From: Candidatus Obscuribacteraceae bacterium
GTDB taxonomy: Bacteria; Cyanobacteriota; Vampirovibrionia; Obscuribacterales; Obscuribacteraceae
Assembly: GCA_044226015.1 (NCBI GenBank)
Contig: JBGAHS010000005.1
Span: 224,001 to 288,000, forward strand
Direction: 5' to 3'
DNA: 64,000 bases
The stretch's first letter is position 1. Every line of letters begins with the position of its first letter. A program made the translations under genes and the position numbers. A model generated the notes under the pieces. That model saw nothing but the letters and a program-made list of their open reading frames with translations. It did no database searches and was not told the origin of the DNA. Positions 59,399-64,000 of this stretch are shown here, one piece after another.

Positions 59399-59648
59399 GA
59401 GCGCCGGGATCTTTCTGGCTTCGAGTGGCAGCGCCTGTATCCTGCCGCTTCGTGTGTGTGTGTCCCGCATCCTGCCGGCTTCGTGGGGAGCGCCGCATCC
59501 TGCCAGCCTTCGTGTGCGAGCATCTGTATCCTGCCAGCTTCGAGTGTGTGTCCCGCATCCTGCCAGCTTCGCATCGGGAGGTGCTTCCACGAAGCCCTAG
59601 AAGATGCGAACGAAAATGCAATAAAGCCGGCTGGATGTCGGCGGTCCC
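59399..59648. repeat. Cluster of REP-like elements: about six direct ~29-30 bp units plus one inverted copy
   Basis: Core GCATCCTGCC(A/G)GCTTCG repeated over 59399-59571; inverted AAGCCGGCTGGATGTCGGCGGTCCC at ~59624-59648. Confidence 0.85.
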
Positions 59649-59738
59649 GGGCATTGTGTAGTTAAGATAAAAAGAAAAACGCAGCATCTAGTCCTCAGGC
59701 GCTGCATTTGTTAATTCTAGAAAGCACCATAGGTGGTG

Positions 59739-60032
59739 CTAGATTATGGTCAAACCTTCTTGACCCTTCTGCCAGAAGTAAATAGGTACTCCGTTGGCAT
59801 TAATGTAGAGCCATTCGCTCACCCCTGAACTTGGCGGGGTTGCCATTATTTCCCAGGTTTCTTTGCCTTCAAATTTAACTTTGTAGACACCGCCTTCGCC
59901 TTGTATATCCGGCTGAGCGACGGTTTTGACATGCTCAGCAGACTGCTGCATTAACGTTTTTCGGCTGTATTCGGCGCTTTTCGTCCAACCCTTTAAGGTC
60001 TTATAATGACTATTGGTGTTAGCGTTGAACAT
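59739..60032 (-). CDS. Small hypothetical protein
   Basis: 97 aa, GAGG upstream, divergent from the two-component operon. Confidence 0.6.
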   Translation of the reverse strand: MFNANTNSHYKTLKGWTKSAEYSRKTLMQQSAEHVKTVAQPDIQGEGGVYKVKFEGKETWEIMATPPSSGVSEWLYINANGVPIYFWQKGQEGLTII

Positions 60033-60123
60033 TTCTTCGCCCTCAGTTCTATTGGTTTCAACAACAATTGCATTCTAATCCAATTTTCAATATATAGCCA
60101 TCTAGCTAGCGTCACCCAAATAT

Positions 60124-60152
60124 ATGACCGATGTCACCGCGAGGTAATGACC
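60124..60152. promoter_or_regulatory. Putative NarL/DesR-type operator: ATGACC-GA-TGTCAC plus a half-site ATGACC
   Basis: Imperfect inverted repeat at 60124-60137 and half-site at 60147-60152, in front of a HisKA_3/NarL pair. Confidence 0.45.
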
Positions 60153-60156
60153 TGAA

Positions 60157-61401
60157 ATGAAGTTCTGGCCGTCAATTCGAAACAAAGCGATGACCGAGCA
60201 AGAAGAACAAGAGATGCAGTACATCAATGCTGACCTCTTGAGAAAGGTGGTTTATTTTGAGTGGATTTTAATTGTCATTTGCGCTTTGGGAGAATATGCG
60301 TCTCTAAGTTGGAGCGTACATGACCCTGGCAGTCCGAGTGAAGCACCAAACATGGTGACTTCCCTTATATTTCTTTTCATCGTTTTCCTCTTGAGCTTCG
60401 TCAACCCGAATAGAAGTTCCTATTGGGACAGAATGTGTTTTCTCTTTCTAGAAATCGTTACGGTTACTGGAAGCGCTGCAGCGGGACTTTCTCGCTTTGT
60501 CTTTCCACTATATATGGTGTCAGTTGCAAAAGCCTGTCTTGTACTAGACCGACCTGGTCAGCTAATCATTTTTGTTGCAGCGCTGATTACCCAGTTTGCA
60601 AATGGGTGCTTCAAATTCTATATCATTACGCCATGGGTGCAGCACGACCCGTTTTCACTGGCTTCCCTTCTGACCATGGGTGGGATTTCGGTAGTAAATA
60701 ATTATGCCGCGATATCTATGATGGTGCTGGTTGCAATTCTTACTTTAACACTGGTATCAGAGCAAGCTGCACGTTTGGAAGCAGATAGAATGAGTCGCGA
60801 AGTGGAAAATCTCGCGACTGAGCTTGAGCGCACGAGAATTGCTCAAGAGATTCACGATAGCCTTGGGCATACTTTAACCTCGCTGAATATACAGTTGGAG
60901 GTCGCTCGAAAGTTTTCCGACCGCGATCAAAAACGCTCTCATGATGCTCTTGAGTTAGCGAAGCAGTTGGCTAGCCAATCATTAACGGACGTTCGTACAG
61001 CCATTCAATCTATTCGGCATCCTGATTTTGATCTTAAAGAGTCTGTAAACAGTCTCGCAAAGCAAATGCAGGCTTCCCAGACGCTGGAAGTTAAGGTTGA
61101 AATTGGCGACACTAATATTAATTCGACAGTTTCTTATCAGCTCTTTCGCATTATTCAGGAATGTTTGACTAACGTTATGAAGCATGCAAACGCGAGTGTC
61201 GTAAATGTCGTTTTGAAACAGGAAGGCAAGAAAATCGAGTTGGTAGTGTCAGATAATGGAAAAGGTTTGACGAATCAAGGGAATTCTAAGGGCTTTGGTA
61301 TAAGAGGCATGCAAGAAAGGGTAGAAAGTTTGCATGGAACTGTTGAAATTCAGAGCGCGCCGGGAAAAGGTACAAGTTTGCAGGTGAGTATACCGATATG
61401 A
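60157..61401 (+). CDS. Membrane sensor histidine kinase, HisKA_3 (NarQ/DesK-like)
   Basis: Several TM helices; ERTRIAQEIHDSLGH, QECLTNVMKHA, DNGKG, GFGIRGMQER. Confidence 0.95.
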   Translation: MKFWPSIRNKAMTEQEEQEMQYINADLLRKVVYFEWILIVICALGEYASLSWSVHDPGSPSEAPNMVTSLIFLFIVFLLSFVNPNRSSYWDRMCFLFLEIVTVTGSAAAGLSRFVFPLYMVSVAKACLVLDRPGQLIIFVAALITQFANGCFKFYIITPWVQHDPFSLASLLTMGGISVVNNYAAISMMVLVAILTLTLVSEQAARLEADRMSREVENLATELERTRIAQEIHDSLGHTLTSLNIQLEVARKFSDRDQKRSHDALELAKQLASQSLTDVRTAIQSIRHPDFDLKESVNSLAKQMQASQTLEVKVEIGDTNINSTVSYQLFRIIQECLTNVMKHANASVVNVVLKQEGKKIELVVSDNGKGLTNQGNSKGFGIRGMQERVESLHGTVEIQSAPGKGTSLQVSIPI

Positions 61402-62033
61402 TTCGACTTCTGTTAGTGGACGACCAAACGCTCATTAGACAAGGACTTGCGTCGCTTCTTTCTTTGGAAGACGACTTTGAGATCGTTGGACATGCTGGGC
61501 ACGGGGCTGAGGCTGTGTCACTTGTGGAGTCTCTGACTCCCGACCTGATTTTGATGGACATTCGCATGCCGGTAATGGATGGTGTGGCAGCGACAAGAAC
61601 TATTCGTGAAAAGCACCCAAACGTGCGTATTCTAGTTCTAACTACATTTGATGAAGACGAGTATATTGTGCAGGCAATGCAGGCTGGTGCTTCTGGTTAC
61701 TTGTTGAAGGATGCACCAACGGAAGAATTGGCTGCGGCAATTCGTTCTGTACATAAGGGCAATACTCAACTTGGTCCTAAGATCGGGGAGAAATTGCTTT
61801 CTCGTTTGAGTGCGCCTCAGTCAAATCAGGCTAAAGAAGAGGCTCAGTCTATGTTTACCGGACGCGAGCTGGAAATTTTGAAGTTGCTTGGTCAAGGCAA
61901 AAGCAACAAAGAAATTGCGCAGGGGCTGTTCATTACGGAAGGAACAGTGAAAAATCACATCACTAAGATTTTGTCTTTGCTTAACGTTAGAGACCGCACG
62001 CAGGCTGCTCTCTGGGCTGAGAAAAATCTCTAA
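61398..62033 (+). CDS. NarL/LuxR-family response regulator
   Basis: LLVDDQ, LMDIRMP, GASGYLLKD, HTH SNKEIA..TVKNH..DRTQA. Confidence 0.96.
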   Translation: MIRLLLVDDQTLIRQGLASLLSLEDDFEIVGHAGHGAEAVSLVESLTPDLILMDIRMPVMDGVAATRTIREKHPNVRILVLTTFDEDEYIVQAMQAGASGYLLKDAPTEELAAAIRSVHKGNTQLGPKIGEKLLSRLSAPQSNQAKEEAQSMFTGRELEILKLLGQGKSNKEIAQGLFITEGTVKNHITKILSLLNVRDRTQAALWAEKNL

Positions 62034-62037
62034 ACCT

Positions 62038-62100
62038 GGGAGCATCGGCATTCTTCGGGATCATGGCAGCGTCTGAGAGCGCCGGCATCCTGCCGGCTTC
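62038..62100. repeat. REP-like element: one near-consensus and one degenerate copy
   Basis: GAGAGCGCCGGCATCCTGCCGGCTTC (62075-62100) with perfect stem GCCGGCA/TGCCGGC; GGGAGCATCGGCATTCTTCGGG upstream. Confidence 0.75.
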
Positions 62101-62117
62101 TGGATCATGGCAATTAC

Positions 62118-62927
62118 TTACTTCGAACTGCGAAACCACTGACAGAAGTTTTGCCACCAATTGGTTTTCGCACTTCCGCCCAATAACCGTAAAGCTTCCT
62201 GACTGCTCTCCAATCTTGCTTCAAGGTAGCCTATCTTGTAATTAGCCGTCTCCAGCTTATTTCGAGTTTCCTGATAGTGCGTATCAATTAATTCGAGCTT
62301 GGTACGAAGCTCTATCAATTCTTTGTAAGTTGAAAGTGGAACAGCTGCACAATCTTTGGTTTCTTCATCGGCTTCGTAAACTTCCAAATACTCGGTTTTT
62401 GTCTCTTGTCCTATAATCGGCTCCGCATCGGTCACTGACCGGGAAGCTGTTGTAATTTTGTCAGGACTGAAGTCTAGAGTAGCTGTAACGTTCACATCAA
62501 TGGTAGTGCTAGCATTCAAATCTTCCGTGGCATTGACTGATTCCACGCCATTAGTTGCGGTGCTTGATAGGGAATCACCATCTGCGGTGCCTCTTTCAGT
62601 AGCCAGCTCTCGATTTTCCGAATTCTGTTTTGCTTCAGTGGTTGATTGGGCACCATTTCGTTGAACCCAAATAGGCTTGACGCGCCATGCGCTGCCATAA
62701 CCTCTTTTTACTCGGTAACCCGGCAGTATGCCGTCCTCGAGACGACGAATAACAGCGCCTTTAGAGAGACCGAGGACACGGGCTGTTTCTTCGACCGTCC
62801 AATCCTGTTCGCCTGTTTCACCGGATGTGGTGCTTTCTATCAAGTCTTTTGGAACATTTGAATCCAGCAGGTCCTCAAGTCCGTTAAGGCTGAGATCTGT
62901 ACCGCTGTTTTTGAGTTCCGGTTGCAT
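62118..62927 (-). CDS. Excisionase/MerR-like HTH protein with C-terminal coiled coil and amphipathic WW tail
   Basis: WTVEETARVLGLSKGAVIRRLEDGILPGYRV..WRV; disordered middle; coiled coil; ends NWWQNFCQWF. Confidence 0.75.
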   Translation of the reverse strand: MQPELKNSGTDLSLNGLEDLLDSNVPKDLIESTTSGETGEQDWTVEETARVLGLSKGAVIRRLEDGILPGYRVKRGYGSAWRVKPIWVQRNGAQSTTEAKQNSENRELATERGTADGDSLSSTATNGVESVNATEDLNASTTIDVNVTATLDFSPDKITTASRSVTDAEPIIGQETKTEYLEVYEADEETKDCAAVPLSTYKELIELRTKLELIDTHYQETRNKLETANYKIGYLEARLESSQEALRLLGGSAKTNWWQNFCQWFRSSK

Positions 62928-63100
62928 GCACTATCCTCCACGCATGGTGTCACTTATTATGCCTTTCTGCGCCGGGCTTGTCCAGACTTGCATGAGTAAA
63001 TATGCATAGATACACAAGGTGCATAAGCAAAGTTGCAATTGTATATAGAACTAATGGCGGTGCCTGCAAGAAAGCTGGGGAGATGAGATAGAATTCTTCT

Positions 63101-63700
63101 ATGTCAAGAAAGAGTAGATCGAAGCTTTCGCGTGATTTCTTTGCCCGACCAACTGTAGAGCTAGCTCCTGAGCTATTGGGAATGAAGCTGTGTCGTAGAT
63201 TGGCTGACGGTAGTGTAGTAAAGGCAGAGATTGTAGAAGTGGAGGCGTACACCGCAGATGACCCCGCTTGCCATGCCTGGCGAGGTAAGACCAAGCGCTG
63301 CGAGGTGATGTTTGGTCCGCCTGGGTTCTCATATGTCTATTTCATTTATGGGATGTACAATTGCTTGAACGTTGTCACTGAACCAGATGGAACAGCTGGG
63401 GCTATCCTGATTCGTGCAATCGGAGTTGATGGTGGAAATGGACCTGGAAAATTGTGCAAGACCTGGGAAATCAATCGAGAACATAACGGAATTGATTTGC
63501 TAAACCCAGATGGCGAGCTATTTCTTGAAGACGGTCGTAAGTTGGATCCATCTGAGCTAGGTGTTTCCATTCGAGTCGGCATCTCCGTTGCTCAGGAAAA
63601 TTTGTGGAGATTTTTTGTGAAGGGGCATCCATATATTTCAGTTGCAAATGTCAAAGCCAAAGTGCCTAAAAAGAAGAAGAGAAAAGCCGATGGTTCGTAA
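63101..63700 (+). CDS. mpg: 3-methyladenine DNA glycosylase (MPG/AAG family)
   Basis: IVEVEAY, DPACHA, YVYFIYGMY.CLNVV, AILIRA, NGPGKLC, RVGIS..WRF. Confidence 0.95.
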   Translation: MSRKSRSKLSRDFFARPTVELAPELLGMKLCRRLADGSVVKAEIVEVEAYTADDPACHAWRGKTKRCEVMFGPPGFSYVYFIYGMYNCLNVVTEPDGTAGAILIRAIGVDGGNGPGKLCKTWEINREHNGIDLLNPDGELFLEDGRKLDPSELGVSIRVGISVAQENLWRFFVKGHPYISVANVKAKVPKKKKRKADGS

Positions 63701-64000
63701 GTTCCAAATCTCATACAGTTTGATACTGGTGCTCATATGGATGGCAGTTATATTCGGCTTTTCGCATCAAGCGAATTCAAATGAGATGACCAAGTCTGTA
63801 CTTGGTCCGTTAAATATTCTTGTGCGTAAGTGTGCGCATATGACAGAGTATGCGGTCTTGTTTCTTTTATCTTTGAACCTCTCTCAGCAGATAGCTCGCA
63901 CGAATTTTGGAAAAACAAGAGTTATTTATGGATTTTTCTTGAGTGGATTGAGATTAACAAAGCCAAAACGTATGGCTGATCTGTTGTCCGCTTTTGCAGC
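63690..64000 (+). CDS. VanZ-family membrane protein, 3'-partial (absent from the ORF track)
   Basis: Manual translation: MVRKFQISYSLILVLIWMAVIFGFSHQ..LVRKCAHMTEYAVLF; W...IF.FS and RK.AH..EY motifs. Confidence 0.8.
   Translation, partial: MVRKFQISYSLILVLIWMAVIFGFSHQANSNEMTKSVLGPLNILVRKCAHMTEYAVLFLLSLNLSQQIARTNFGKTRVIYGFFLSGLRLTKPKRMADLLSAFA

Noticed and set aside
59399..59575. CRISPR array
   Set aside because: Units are ~29-30 bp with only a few variable bases between degenerate cores, no unique 25-45 nt spacers and no cas genes; they match the dispersed REP-like family.
59310..59687. Overlapping ORFs on both strands across the repeat cluster
   Set aside because: Open frames arise from the stop-poor GC-rich repeats; the translations are repetitive and not protein-like.
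62118..62927. Prophage or integrative element excisionase
   Set aside because: No integrase, att-like repeats or phage genes nearby, and the protein is far longer than Xis.
58..63582. Numerous short ORFs antisense to or nested within long genes in the six-frame track
   Set aside because: They overlap well-supported genes and show no motifs; treated as shadow ORFs.

Overview
A 64 kb chromosomal window of mostly housekeeping and signalling genes. I saw no phage, transposase, CRISPR-Cas, rRNA or tRNA genes. The ATP synthase cluster has the cyanobacterial layout: atpB-atpE-b'-b-delta-alpha-gamma, with two b-type subunits and no beta/epsilon genes in the cluster. However, gamma lacks the phototroph-type insertion and no photosynthesis genes are present. 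With the many TPR proteins, the Ser/Thr kinase and the giant Gly/Asn-rich exoprotein, this suggests a non-photosynthetic Cyanobacteriota lineage (Vampirovibrionia/Melainabacteria, possibly Obscuribacterales); that is an inference. Recognisable genes include tgt, two pspA/vipp1-family genes, merC-like, spoIID-like, rseP, panB, fabG-acpP-fabF-gatA, a stressosome operon (rsbR-rsbS-rsbT-rsbT-phosphatase-kinase), a GGDEF/HD-GYP protein, asnB, a NarL-type two-component pair, mpg and a partial vanZ. The most interesting unexplained signals are: (i) a ~240 nt structured, A/C-rich putative RNA at ~3813-4052 with a candidate promoter and alternative pairings; (ii) a shared N-terminal motif in five otherwise unrelated orphan proteins without signal peptides, one carrying an HExxH metallopeptidase domain, suggesting an export/effector tag; (iii) an internally duplicated histidine kinase whose second H-box has lost the His; (iv) several unrelated short tandem arrays in intergenic DNA plus a dispersed REP-like family; (v) a duplicated rsbT. 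All calls come from reading the sequence; no database searches were run.
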